From an uncultured Methanosarcinales archaeon (GTDB taxonomy: Archaea; Nanobdellota; Nanobdellia; Woesearchaeales; UBA10107), in NCBI GenBank assembly GCA_965231065.1, contig OZ246410.1, positions 323,046 to 387,045 on the forward strand: a DNA stretch of 64,000 nucleotides, given 5' to 3'. Under the pieces are notes generated by a model that was given only the letters and a program-made list of their open reading frames with translations, was not told where the DNA came from and did no database searches. Positions 9,410 through 18,836 of this stretch are shown here, piece by piece; positions within the stretch are counted from its first letter, which is position 1, and the number at the start of each line of letters is the position of its first letter. The translations under genes were made by a program, and so were the position numbers.

Positions 9410-10129
9410 ATGAGGCTTTTCTATATGCTATTTGACCGCATCGCAAAGATATACGCTTGGACTCCAAAAAGCAACAAGCTTCTTGATGTCGGCTGTGACC
9501 GTGGAGACGTAACCAAAGAATTCGTAAGAAAAGCAAAGGATGTCTATGGTCTTGATAGCAACGCAGAAGCTATTGCATACGGAAAAAAACATTACAAAGG
9601 AATCAGACTCAGTGTCGCCAAAGGAGAGAAAATCCCTTTCAAATCAAATGTATTTGATACTGTCGTGATGGGTGATGTGCTGGAGCATGTCATCAATGAA
9701 AAAAAGACAATCCAGGAAGTCCACAGAGTCATGAAAGACAATGGCACATTGGTTCTTTCAGTACCTCACAAGGGATTGTTCAGATTCATTGACACGTTCA
9801 ATATGAAATTCTATTTCCCAAAGTTATACAAATGGTGGAAAGGAAAGAACTACACTCCGAACAATTACATAGTCCAGCCGTGGCATAGACATTATTCATT
9901 GTCTGACTTGAAAAGATTATTCGGTAAGAATTTCGAAGTGATCAGAGTTCACAGAGGAGGATTGCTTGCATATCCGTTGTGCTGGTTATTTGGCGATATG
10001 ACCAAAGATATGTTCGGCAGCAAGATGCATTGGTTCAGAATGTTGTTGGTATGGATCGGTCACATTGATTATAACATTCCGTTTGGACCATTCGGCTATT
10101 CTATTTTAGTCATAGCAAAGAAGAAGTAA
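9410..10129 (+). CDS. Class I SAM-dependent methyltransferase
   Basis: LLDVGCDRGD motif I and VMKDNGTLVLSVP; 239 aa. Confidence 0.7.
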   Translation: MRLFYMLFDRIAKIYAWTPKSNKLLDVGCDRGDVTKEFVRKAKDVYGLDSNAEAIAYGKKHYKGIRLSVAKGEKIPFKSNVFDTVVMGDVLEHVINEKKTIQEVHRVMKDNGTLVLSVPHKGLFRFIDTFNMKFYFPKLYKWWKGKNYTPNNYIVQPWHRHYSLSDLKRLFGKNFEVIRVHRGGLLAYPLCWLFGDMTKDMFGSKMHWFRMLLVWIGHIDYNIPFGPFGYSILVIAKKK

Positions 10130-10894
10130 TCATTTGCTGTGCTTCATCTCATAGAACTTCATGTATTTCATAAACTGATAGAAGCCACTGCATGATGCGC
10201 AATAGAGGCCGACATAACCGTGTTTCCACAGTCCTTTTCCGAAATACCATAGAAGAAACTCGAATGGAACCCGTGCAAATGCATTAAACAGAATAGAAAT
10301 ATCTGATGCATGCGGATTCTGCTTATACAGATTACGAGCTTCTAATGTCGTGTACTTATTATATCGTGCGAAGTAATCACTGACGTCCTTGAAGCTGTAA
10401 TGATGCAATAGCCCATTCAACGTCGCTGTCTCGCCCTTGATGTAGACTTTCTCATGGATGCTGTGTTTGAATGATCCTTTTGAACGGCGATACAATCGTA
10501 GTATGTTTGTTATTGTGATCGGCGTTTCCATGAATACGTAATCCAGTCTTCTGATATAGAATCCATTGTATTTAGTACCATTCTCGATTATGTTTTTAAT
10601 TTCCTTATACAAATCCGGAGAGACGATCTCATCTGCGTCTAAACTGAAGATCCAGTCGTGTTTTGCCTTTGCGATTGCGATGTTCTTCAGCTCTGCTCCG
10701 CTGATCTTGTTATTTGGATCAGGAAGGTTGTAGAATCGTGAAGTATATTTTCTGCAGATCTGCTTTGTCTTATCCGTTGAATCGCCGTCAAGAATGACAA
10801 TATCGACACTCAGTCCTTTGACTGCTTCGAGGCATCTACCTATGATGTGCTCGACATTCTTCGTTAATATTACGATCGATAGTTTTTCAGTCAT
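10130..10894 (-). CDS. GT2-family glycosyltransferase (GT-A fold)
   Basis: LSIVILTKN...ILDGDSTD...SLDADE (DxD) motifs; 254 aa; paralog of the next gene. Confidence 0.75.
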   Translation of the reverse strand: MTEKLSIVILTKNVEHIIGRCLEAVKGLSVDIVILDGDSTDKTKQICRKYTSRFYNLPDPNNKISGAELKNIAIAKAKHDWIFSLDADEIVSPDLYKEIKNIIENGTKYNGFYIRRLDYVFMETPITITNILRLYRRSKGSFKHSIHEKVYIKGETATLNGLLHHYSFKDVSDYFARYNKYTTLEARNLYKQNPHASDISILFNAFARVPFEFLLWYFGKGLWKHGYVGLYCASCSGFYQFMKYMKFYEMKHSK

Positions 10895-11655
10895 TTTCGT
10901 TGTATCAGTTCAAACTCCTTACATTTAGTGTATAATAACCAGCGATACCAAATATCATTCGCGGTCAGCACCAGGCCATAGAACCCGTAGATCCACGCGC
11001 CTTTGATCATGCGTATCAGGAAGTAGCCAATGGATGTAGCGAGCATCTTCCAAAAAGGATAGTGATCTCCCCGCTGAACCATGAGCTTCGCATCATTGGT
11101 CGTATAGTTGTTTGTCTTGACAAACAGATGATGCAGTCCCCGATATCCACCGAAATGGATGATATCCTTTTTTAATCTTCCTATCTCTCCTTTGATCTCG
11201 AGGAATCCATGGACTCCTTGTAGATTGAAGCGTGCCTTATTCTTCTTAAATAGACGGAGCTGATAATCAGGATACCATCCGCCAAAACGGAGCCATGTAT
11301 TGTTCACGAAGTTCTTGCGCGGTATCTTGAATGCGTTATTGTTTGTATCTTTTGAAAGTAATGTGTCTATCTCTTGCTTTAATTCTTTAGATACCTCTTC
11401 ATCCGCATCCAGATATAATATCCATTCAGATGTGCATTTATCAGTACCGATCTGCTTGTTCTCATTAAGATTCAGCTTATTCGATACGGTAAAGACCTTG
11501 TTGGTGTATTTCTTTGCGATATGTTTTGTCCTATCGGTGCTTGCGGCATCAATCACAATTATCTCATCAGCCCAGCCTTTCACACTTTTCAGTGTTCTTT
11601 CGATGTAGTCTTCTTCATTATGTGCCAGAATACTGACTGAGATATTCGGCCTCAT
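10891..11655 (-). CDS. GT2-family glycosyltransferase (GT-A fold)
   Basis: ISVSILAHNEE...VIDAASTD...YLDADEE; 254 aa; ATGA overlap with flanking genes. Confidence 0.75.
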   Translation of the reverse strand: MRPNISVSILAHNEEDYIERTLKSVKGWADEIIVIDAASTDRTKHIAKKYTNKVFTVSNKLNLNENKQIGTDKCTSEWILYLDADEEVSKELKQEIDTLLSKDTNNNAFKIPRKNFVNNTWLRFGGWYPDYQLRLFKKNKARFNLQGVHGFLEIKGEIGRLKKDIIHFGGYRGLHHLFVKTNNYTTNDAKLMVQRGDHYPFWKMLATSIGYFLIRMIKGAWIYGFYGLVLTANDIWYRWLLYTKCKEFELIQRK

Positions 11656-12704
11656 AAAAATTTCCTCAACGCAGGAATCACCCGTTCTGCCTTTAATTTT
11701 TTGAGATTTCCCTGTATCGTAACTGATTTTTTATCATTATACCCCCACACCCGAGAATCTTCTGGTCCGAATAGGGTTATCATTCTTGCCTTTACAGCCC
11801 GTGCGATGTGTGCAGGACCAGTATCGGGACCGAGGAACAAATCACATTTCTGTATTATCACTGCAAGCTGTTTCAATGTTGTCTTGCCACAGAGATTTAC
11901 GTAGTTTGTATGTTTCATGTTATGGATGATATCTTCAGCAAGATCCTGTTCAGATCTGCTGCCGGTAAAGATAACGGTGTGGTGATGTTCATTCGCATAA
12001 TCAGCAAGTTTTGCCCATTCTGTATTATTCCACAGCTTTGCTCTTCTTCCAGCACCAGGATTCAATACGAGCGCTTTCTTGATGTTGAATTTTCTGAATG
12101 TCGAGTCTGCAAACGCAGAATCTTGTTTCGAGATAGCGAGTTCCATCTCCTTATTCATCGTATTGGCACCGATCGCACGAGCTAGATCAAGATTTCGTTC
12201 AATGGTGTGTTTCAGATGTTCGTCATATTTAACAGTCTTATTCAGTAAGAATCGGAATCCGCGCAGTCCATAACCGATTCGATACCCACCAATCAATGAT
12301 GCGAACAGAATATTCCTCGGATCATCATGCATATCGATGATGATGTCATATTTTTCCTTCCTGAGTTTAGGGATTATCTTAAACATCTCTGTCCATGAGC
12401 CATTCTTTGCGAGCCACGGTGTATTCAGCACAATGGGATGCGCATCTTTATTCCCATCCAACACTTCTTTCGAGAATGATCTCACCAAGACATCGATTTC
12501 TGCGTCCGGAAACCGTTCTTTCAACGCTCTGAATGTCGGTGTCGTCAGCAATACATCACCGATGTGTTCGACCCGTATCACAAGAATCTTTTTGATATGT
12601 TTTGGCATCCGTTTCAGTTTTGTCCAGAAAAAGAGAATACTGCCGAGTATGTCAACTGCACCTAAGAACGGCTTCAGCCACCCTGCGACTTTGTACTTAA
12701 GCAT
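11652..12704 (-). CDS. GT9-family glycosyltransferase (LPS-type heptosyltransferase homolog)
   Basis: KKILVIRVEHIGDVLLTTPTFRALKERFPDAEIDVLV is the RfaF/WaaC-type N-terminal motif. The C-terminal GPDTGPAHIA is the GT9 donor-binding motif. Confidence 0.75.
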   Translation of the reverse strand: MLKYKVAGWLKPFLGAVDILGSILFFWTKLKRMPKHIKKILVIRVEHIGDVLLTTPTFRALKERFPDAEIDVLVRSFSKEVLDGNKDAHPIVLNTPWLAKNGSWTEMFKIIPKLRKEKYDIIIDMHDDPRNILFASLIGGYRIGYGLRGFRFLLNKTVKYDEHLKHTIERNLDLARAIGANTMNKEMELAISKQDSAFADSTFRKFNIKKALVLNPGAGRRAKLWNNTEWAKLADYANEHHHTVIFTGSRSEQDLAEDIIHNMKHTNYVNLCGKTTLKQLAVIIQKCDLFLGPDTGPAHIARAVKARMITLFGPEDSRVWGYNDKKSVTIQGNLKKLKAERVIPALRKFL

Positions 12705-14169
12705 TCTGTTCCTTTATGACGACAGTTCCTGATGAGAAGACTGGCTTGTAATTGGCGATTTTCTGTTTCGCAGCAGGATCCAACGCAGAATAATCCTGGA
12801 TGAGTATGTATCGGGTGGTGATCGTTTCAGGCATCTCTTGTTCAAGCACGAAGTTATTCAGTTTTGAATACACTAAAAGCCACTTGAAGTCTCGGAATGA
12901 GGAGTCGCCCTTGTAGTTCTTCACATAGGTGATCGGTATCGACGGGTCTTTTGCCAGGAACTGAGCTACCTGCATCTCGTCCTGAGTGATCGCAGGTTCT
13001 AATTTTCCATAGAGGAAGCCGAGCTCTCCGACCTGGAACAGCAAAGTGAAGATCAAGATCAGCGAAAACAAAAATCTCGTGTGTTTATTTTTTAAACCAT
13101 TCACGATCATGACCGATGCAGGCAACGCAAGCAGTATGAAGAAGAACGGATAGAACCGATAGACAAAGTATCGTGCAAAGACACCTACAGGGATAACAAA
13201 TAAGTTGACAGCGACAATCACGCTTGCAGCGACAAAAAGACTAATGATGTCCCACTCCTGTTTCCAGAGCAGGTAAAGAAGTCCAATTGCTGCTAACGTA
13301 ACAATGAACGGTCCATCAACGACGAGGAAGTATCCCCATGCCTTCGGATAGCCGTCTCCCATCTTGAGGAGTGCGGCAATGATACTCGAAAGGAATCCTT
13401 GTCTGCCTGATGCGGCGAATAAATATAGTTTAGTAAGCACTGCAGCAAGTATGAGCATCGGCAGCAAAAATAGCGATGATTTTCCGAACAGATCCTTCTT
13501 CTCTTTCCAGACCGCTTCGATCTTTGGCAGTTTCAACTGCACTTTCTCCTTTGCGGAAATACCGATTACCAATCCGATCTCAAGCAATGTCAGGAACGCG
13601 GCTATTGGTGTGTATGTCAGATACGTCAATACTGTCAATGCGAGAGCACCGCAGAGATAACTATTTCTTCCTGTTCTGAAATATTTAAGCGTGAAGTACA
13701 GTGAAGGTGCAATCAGACAGAATGAAACAAAATAAGGATAATGACCAGTAAGATGTGAGAAGTATGCTCTGAAGTTTAAAGCAGAGAATAGTGAACCAAG
13801 CAATGCGACATTTCTATCTTTTGTTAATTCAAAGAACAACAAGTACACAAAGAATGTCGATAGCAGGAAAAATACTGCGGTATACGCGCCGTTGATCCAG
13901 AATACATCATGGCCAACATATTTCAATAACAATCCGAATGTAACGACTGCGAATGGTGGATAATCAGAGACATGCTGCTCCAATGATCCTGGTTTGTTAT
14001 ATGCAGGATTCTCCGCAGAGATGCCGCCTTCAGCATAGGTCCTTGCCAAAGCGTAGTATGTCGCACCATCTGTCTGTGTTACTGGTGCATTAAATACAAA
14101 AGCAGGATACAACGCAAGAACTGCATTGATGACTAGGATGATGACGAGCGCCCAATTGCTGTTTTTCAT
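12697..14169 (-). CDS. Polytopic membrane protein, probable GT-C glycosyltransferase (PMT_2/ArnT-like)
   Basis: 490 aa, at least 10 predicted TM helices, with an early loop motif TDGATYYALARTYAE (a DE/xRYAE-like GT-C loop) and a soluble C-terminal domain. Confidence 0.45.
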   Translation of the reverse strand: MKNSNWALVIILVINAVLALYPAFVFNAPVTQTDGATYYALARTYAEGGISAENPAYNKPGSLEQHVSDYPPFAVVTFGLLLKYVGHDVFWINGAYTAVFFLLSTFFVYLLFFELTKDRNVALLGSLFSALNFRAYFSHLTGHYPYFVSFCLIAPSLYFTLKYFRTGRNSYLCGALALTVLTYLTYTPIAAFLTLLEIGLVIGISAKEKVQLKLPKIEAVWKEKKDLFGKSSLFLLPMLILAAVLTKLYLFAASGRQGFLSSIIAALLKMGDGYPKAWGYFLVVDGPFIVTLAAIGLLYLLWKQEWDIISLFVAASVIVAVNLFVIPVGVFARYFVYRFYPFFFILLALPASVMIVNGLKNKHTRFLFSLILIFTLLFQVGELGFLYGKLEPAITQDEMQVAQFLAKDPSIPITYVKNYKGDSSFRDFKWLLVYSKLNNFVLEQEMPETITTRYILIQDYSALDPAAKQKIANYKPVFSSGTVVIKEQNA

Positions 14170-14219
14170 GGAATATTGCAGTAAAAGTATGTTTAAAAAT
14201 GTTTCTTTGCTATGAATGC

Positions 14220-15272
14220 TTATAACAGGCTTTTAACGGCTTTTTCGACTTCCTGGACAGATATGCGCTTCATCCACTTGCCTTTTTTGGAAGCAGATGG
14301 CTGCTTGCCGAACAATTCGTACTCTTCTTCATAGATGTCTTGGTCATGCCAGATCGCGATGCTCTCATCATGCAGCGGCGCTTTTCGTTTTGGATTCGTC
14401 GGTCCGAATAAACTGACGATCTTTTTATTGACCGCTGATGCGATATGCATCGGGCCTGAGTCATGCGTCACGATGACTGCACATCTCTTCATAATCGCTG
14501 CTGATTGCTTGATGTTCGCCGCTCCAGCACTATTGATCACATTCTTGTTCTTGATGAATCGTATGACATCCTCATTCAATTGTCTATCATTCGGTCCGCC
14601 GATCAAGATGATCTTGTGATTGTTTGATAATCTTTGGATCAATTCAATGTATTTCTCTGTCTGGAATTTTCTGATAGCGCCTGATTCTCCGGGATTTTCT
14701 CCGCCGCCGCCGAGAAGCATACCGATTACTTTTCCAGTGAGTTTATTTTTCCTGAAAAATGAATCTGCGAACGAAAGATCTTTCTTTGGCACTGTAAGAT
14801 CAAGCTGTGTATCTTTCGTATCTGGTTTTATGCTGATTGCTTCAAGCAATGATAAGTAATAAATGATTTCATGCTGTGCCTGTTGATATATGATCGAATC
14901 AGTATGGTATTTTCCCTCTCTATTTCTATTGAAGCCTATCCTGGTTGGTATATTGCATAATTTCATGAACAAACCAAAGATCCAGTGCTTATCTAAGATG
15001 AAGGCAGCATCGAATTTTTCTTTTTTGATCTTATTTCGCAGCGAAAGGACCTTGAATATATTTTTCCTGAAAAACATATTCTGGTCGAATCGTTCGATAC
15101 GGTTGATATTCTTATTTCCCTCGAGAACTGATGCGGAATAGGTGCCGACATAATAGACAATCTGGGATTTCGGAAACTGTTTTCGTAACTGTCTGACAAA
15201 TGGCGTCGTCATGAGTACATCACCGATGGCGCCAGTCTTGAATATGAGGATCTTTCGTGGATTTTCCATCAA
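14220..15272 (-). CDS. GT9-family glycosyltransferase (heptosyltransferase homolog)
   Basis: KILIFKTGAIGDVLMTTPFVRQLRKQFPKSQIVYYV and THDSGPMHIA. Confidence 0.75.
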   Translation of the reverse strand: MMENPRKILIFKTGAIGDVLMTTPFVRQLRKQFPKSQIVYYVGTYSASVLEGNKNINRIERFDQNMFFRKNIFKVLSLRNKIKKEKFDAAFILDKHWIFGLFMKLCNIPTRIGFNRNREGKYHTDSIIYQQAQHEIIYYLSLLEAISIKPDTKDTQLDLTVPKKDLSFADSFFRKNKLTGKVIGMLLGGGGENPGESGAIRKFQTEKYIELIQRLSNNHKIILIGGPNDRQLNEDVIRFIKNKNVINSAGAANIKQSAAIMKRCAVIVTHDSGPMHIASAVNKKIVSLFGPTNPKRKAPLHDESIAIWHDQDIYEEEYELFGKQPSASKKGKWMKRISVQEVEKAVKSLL

Positions 15273-16387
15273 CCTTCCCTCTTCAATTTCTCGATTGTTT
15301 GTAATACATCATCCACCGAGATCGCATTCATGCATTCTCGCTGCTCTTTCGTGAGGTGTTTCGGCACCAGTTCCCGTTTTGTATTATCAAGGAAGGGACA
15401 GCCATGGACCGGTTTCCATAAGGAAATATTCCCTTTTCCATACGGTCCCCATAATACAGGTGTATTCGGACCGAACAATCCTATTGTCTTTGTCCCCATC
15501 GCCGCAGACACATGCATCAGTCCTGAATCATTGCTGATGACGATGTCGCAGTTCCGAATCAGTTCAGCTGACTGCGGTAAGGTAAATAGGCCAGCGGCAT
15601 CGATGCATTCATGGTTCATTCCCTGCTGTATCTTCTCGACAACTCTTCTGTTGCTTTTCGAATCGATGAGTATGACTTTCGTATGATGGCGTTCCAATAA
15701 GGTATCGGCAAGCTCCGCGAATCGTTCGATCGGCCACATCCTATACTTGACAGACTCAGCGACGCCCGGAGCGATACCGACGACGAGATTATTTTTTGTG
15801 ACTTTCTTTTCCTTGAGATAGTGCGCAACTATGTTTTTATCTTTTTGTGAAATAGAAAGCGGCATCAACGCATCGACATCGTACGTACTTCCCACTTTTC
15901 TCGCAAAATCAAGATAATTCTGAACCATGTGCTGTTTCTTGCTGAAATGGACTGTTTCATGATATGTATTCTTCCGTATGCCATGATCAAAACCGATCCT
16001 GAACTTAGAAGTAAGGAATGCGATTGCTGCAGAAATGCTCAGTGCCGGTTCTGCGTCGATGCAGAGATCATAGCTTCGGAACCGTTTCAGTACATTAAAC
16101 AAACCAAAGTCAATGATCTGATGTACGTCGTGCTGTCCTTCAAATACGACTCTGTTTCTCGGATGCGCGAGCACATCGATCTGAGCAAGAGGGAATTCTC
16201 GTTTCAGCGCTTTGATCGTCGGTAACAATACGATTGAATCTCCCAGCGCCCAGAACTTGATGACAAGGATCTTTTTGATCTTATTCTTCTTGAATGCTGT
16301 CTTTTTCTTTAATTTTCCGAATACATAATCAAGCGGACTAAAGAAATACGCATCTACGATCCGCTGTAGCTGGATTGCAAGGGACAT
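15269..16387 (-). CDS. GT9-family glycosyltransferase (heptosyltransferase homolog)
   Basis: KILVIKFWALGDSIVLLPTIKALKREFPLAQIDVLA and SNDSGLMHVS. Confidence 0.75.
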   Translation of the reverse strand: MSLAIQLQRIVDAYFFSPLDYVFGKLKKKTAFKKNKIKKILVIKFWALGDSIVLLPTIKALKREFPLAQIDVLAHPRNRVVFEGQHDVHQIIDFGLFNVLKRFRSYDLCIDAEPALSISAAIAFLTSKFRIGFDHGIRKNTYHETVHFSKKQHMVQNYLDFARKVGSTYDVDALMPLSISQKDKNIVAHYLKEKKVTKNNLVVGIAPGVAESVKYRMWPIERFAELADTLLERHHTKVILIDSKSNRRVVEKIQQGMNHECIDAAGLFTLPQSAELIRNCDIVISNDSGLMHVSAAMGTKTIGLFGPNTPVLWGPYGKGNISLWKPVHGCPFLDNTKRELVPKHLTKEQRECMNAISVDDVLQTIEKLKREG

Positions 16388-16389
16388 GT

Positions 16390-16725
16390 TTATTTTCTTT
16401 TAACCCGCTGTATTGCAGTCTCTCGCACAACCTTTGTGATGGTCTGTTGCATCTCGTCCATGATTACATACAGTCTGAAGTTCAGATAGAACAGCAATAT
16501 GACTGCGACATACAGTATAAGATCGGCCGGTCTTCCGATACCAAGGAATGTCGAGACGTATCCTAGTGAAGTCGGCGTTATGATGGCAAATATTGCAAAG
16601 ACCCAGACGATAGTCCAGAACAAGACCTCGAATTTCTTGATAGTCCCTTCTTTGAATCTCAGATATACTCTGCTCAGTGCAAACAGCACGAACACGATTA
16701 ACAATATTTGTATTGGTTCTACCAT
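16390..16725 (-). CDS. Small 3-4 TM membrane protein (DUF2304-like accessory of Dol-P-sugar GT2 systems)
   Basis: 111 aa, hydrophobic helices with a basic C-terminal tail; overlaps the upstream GT2 stop. Confidence 0.5.
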   Translation of the reverse strand: MVEPIQILLIVFVLFALSRVYLRFKEGTIKKFEVLFWTIVWVFAIFAIITPTSLGYVSTFLGIGRPADLILYVAVILLFYLNFRLYVIMDEMQQTITKVVRETAIQRVKRK

Positions 16726-17411
16726 TATTGCATCAGTCTCCGAAGCATAGTCTTGATTGCGATCTCGACACCTTTCAGCAGATGGAATCTGCCGTGGTGC
16801 GTATGTTCTTTTGAGTACTCAGTATATTTAATGGTTACGGACACTTCCTGATATCGAACCTTCTTCTTGAAGACCTCGATCAGGATCTCAGAAGCATGCT
16901 CCATCTTGTCTTGTTTTATCTCAATCTTCTCGGCTGCTTTCCGTGACATTGCGCGGAAGCCGCATTGCGAATCAGTCAATCTGACGCCATAGAACATCCG
17001 TAAGAACAGTCTCCCGAGCACTAAGATGAACCGTTTTGACGGCGGTATGTTGGACGTCTTTCCGAGGAATCGCGATCCCATAGTAATATCGGCTTTTCCC
17101 TTGACAATCGGCGCTATCATCGCCGGAATGTCCTCCGCCTGCATCTGTCCGTCTGCATCGAAATGGACAATGATGTCAGCGCCATGACGCAATGCATATT
17201 CGTTGCCGGTGACCAATGAAGCTCCCTGGCCACGATTAACGATGTGAGTTAATACGGTCGCTCCTCTCTGCCGTGCGATCTTTTCAGTATTGTCCTTCGA
17301 ATTATCATTGACGACGATGATGTTGTGATATCCGTGATGTTTCAGCGTATCAACAACTCTGCCGATTGATTTCTCTTCGTCATGCGCCGGAATTACGATG
17401 AATATCTTCAT
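16725..17411 (-). CDS. GT2 polyprenyl-phosphate (dolichyl-P) sugar synthase, DPM1/AglD/ArnC-like
   Basis: MKIFIVIPAHDEE...VVNDNSKDNT...HFDADGQ...QCGFRA motifs. Start trimmed to M29 at 17411, giving an ATGA overlap with the upstream stop. Confidence 0.75.
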   Translation of the reverse strand: MKIFIVIPAHDEEKSIGRVVDTLKHHGYHNIIVVNDNSKDNTEKIARQRGATVLTHIVNRGQGASLVTGNEYALRHGADIIVHFDADGQMQAEDIPAMIAPIVKGKADITMGSRFLGKTSNIPPSKRFILVLGRLFLRMFYGVRLTDSQCGFRAMSRKAAEKIEIKQDKMEHASEILIEVFKKKVRYQEVSVTIKYTEYSKEHTHHGRFHLLKGVEIAIKTMLRRLMQ

Positions 17412-18130
17412 TTTGCGATCACCCGTCCTAATAATCTGAGGTAGCCGATAATTGTCTTCAGTTTCTTCATCTTGCTCTTGCCGATGACTCTCCACTTGAA
17501 GATGATCGGCACTTCATACATGCTGAATCCTGCTTTCTTCGCACAGATAAGAAGTTCCGGGTAATATTCGAAATTTCTGAATACAGTCTTGTTCTTGATC
17601 TTATCTATGACTTTTCGTTTGTATAATCTGTATCCTGAGGTCTTGTCTTTGACCCACAATCCAGTAAGGATCGAAAGTATCTTGTTCATCCACTTGCTCA
17701 GGGTCACTTTCCACAGCGGCATGCCTTCCATCTTGCCGCCTTTGATATACCGTGAACCGATGATGATATCCTTATCTGTCTTTTCCATCGCAGCGATGAA
17801 CATCGGCAATTCTTCCGGTTGGTGATTCAAATCAGCATCCAATGTCAATACATGTGTCGCATCTCTTGAAACTGCATCAAAACCAGCTCTGAATGCAGGA
17901 CCGACACCGATCGGCCCGGGGTAATACAACGTCCTGATCTTGCTCATGCCTTTCTTCTTCATCTGTATTAAACTATTATATCCGCTCTTCTCTTTGGTGC
18001 CCTGCAATACATAAAGCAGTTCAAAGTCAATGTTCAGTTTCTTGAAGACCCTATAGAACCGTTCGGCAAGTTTCTCTACATTCCCTGCTTCATCGTAAGC
18101 AGGCATCACGACTGAGATTTTCATCTTCAT
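17408..18130 (-). CDS. GT2 polyprenyl-phosphate sugar synthase-like
   Basis: MKMKISVVMPAYDEAGN...TLDADLNHQPEE; start trimmed to M16 at 18130, with an ATGA overlap. Confidence 0.7.
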   Translation of the reverse strand: MKMKISVVMPAYDEAGNVEKLAERFYRVFKKLNIDFELLYVLQGTKEKSGYNSLIQMKKKGMSKIRTLYYPGPIGVGPAFRAGFDAVSRDATHVLTLDADLNHQPEELPMFIAAMEKTDKDIIIGSRYIKGGKMEGMPLWKVTLSKWMNKILSILTGLWVKDKTSGYRLYKRKVIDKIKNKTVFRNFEYYPELLICAKKAGFSMYEVPIIFKWRVIGKSKMKKLKTIIGYLRLLGRVIAK

Positions 18131-18468
18131 ACGACAAAAGTCACCCCGATGATGATGAGCAGTATGCCGAGCCATTTGTATTTATTCATCTTTTCATTGA
18201 GATACTTCATCGATAATAGGTTGACCCAGACATAATTCAACGAGGCGATCGGATACAGCACGGTTAATTCGTGGCCTCGCAATGCGACGACGAAGATGAT
18301 CGATGACAGTCCGTAGAAGAACAGACCGGTCAGTAGTATGTAATTCGTAAGAACATGCACTAGTTTTTTATGTGTTCGCATAGAGCCGAACTTCAGTCCC
18401 ATCTGTCCGAGTCCGGCGCAGATCGAAGAGATCACTGCAAGCGCTATGGAGATAATTTGGGTATTCAT
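18127..18468 (-). CDS. Small 4-TM SMR/EamA-like membrane protein (ArnE/ArnF- or GtrA-like flippase subunit candidate)
   Basis: About 113 aa from MNTQIISIAL; four hydrophobic helices; ALRGHELTVLYPI motif. Start trimmed to 18468, overlapping the upstream stop. Confidence 0.55.
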   Translation of the reverse strand: MNTQIISIALAVISSICAGLGQMGLKFGSMRTHKKLVHVLTNYILLTGLFFYGLSSIIFVVALRGHELTVLYPIASLNYVWVNLLSMKYLNEKMNKYKWLGILLIIIGVTFVV

Positions 18469-18836
18469 CGCTGTCTCCCTTTGCCGACCAAGGCGACACC
18501 GGCGATGATGATCAGGACACCGAGCCATTTATGCAGTGTCATGGAATCAGTATGGAAAAATATCGGCGATAAGATGCCTACCCAGATGAAACTGGTGGCC
18601 ATAACCGGATAGATCACTGTCAACTCTCCATGGCGCAGGGCCTTTATCATGAACAATAATCCGATGCCGTATGAGAATAAGCCAAGATACAGGAAGTGAT
18701 TGAACAGTAGTGATGCGACATCAGTCAGCTTGTTCGCAGCGAATTTGAAGAAGATCTGACCGATGGAACCGAAGAATGCAGCGATTGCTATGAGGGTGAT
18801 GCCAAGCACTGTTGTCTTTTCCCTTTTTTGTTTCAT
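18465..18836 (-). CDS. Small 4-TM SMR/EamA-like membrane protein, paralog of the previous gene (second flippase subunit candidate)
   Basis: 123 aa; ALRHGELTVIYPVMATSFIWVGIL; TGATG overlap with the upstream GT2. Confidence 0.55.
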   Translation of the reverse strand: MKQKREKTTVLGITLIAIAAFFGSIGQIFFKFAANKLTDVASLLFNHFLYLGLFSYGIGLLFMIKALRHGELTVIYPVMATSFIWVGILSPIFFHTDSMTLHKWLGVLIIIAGVALVGKGRQR

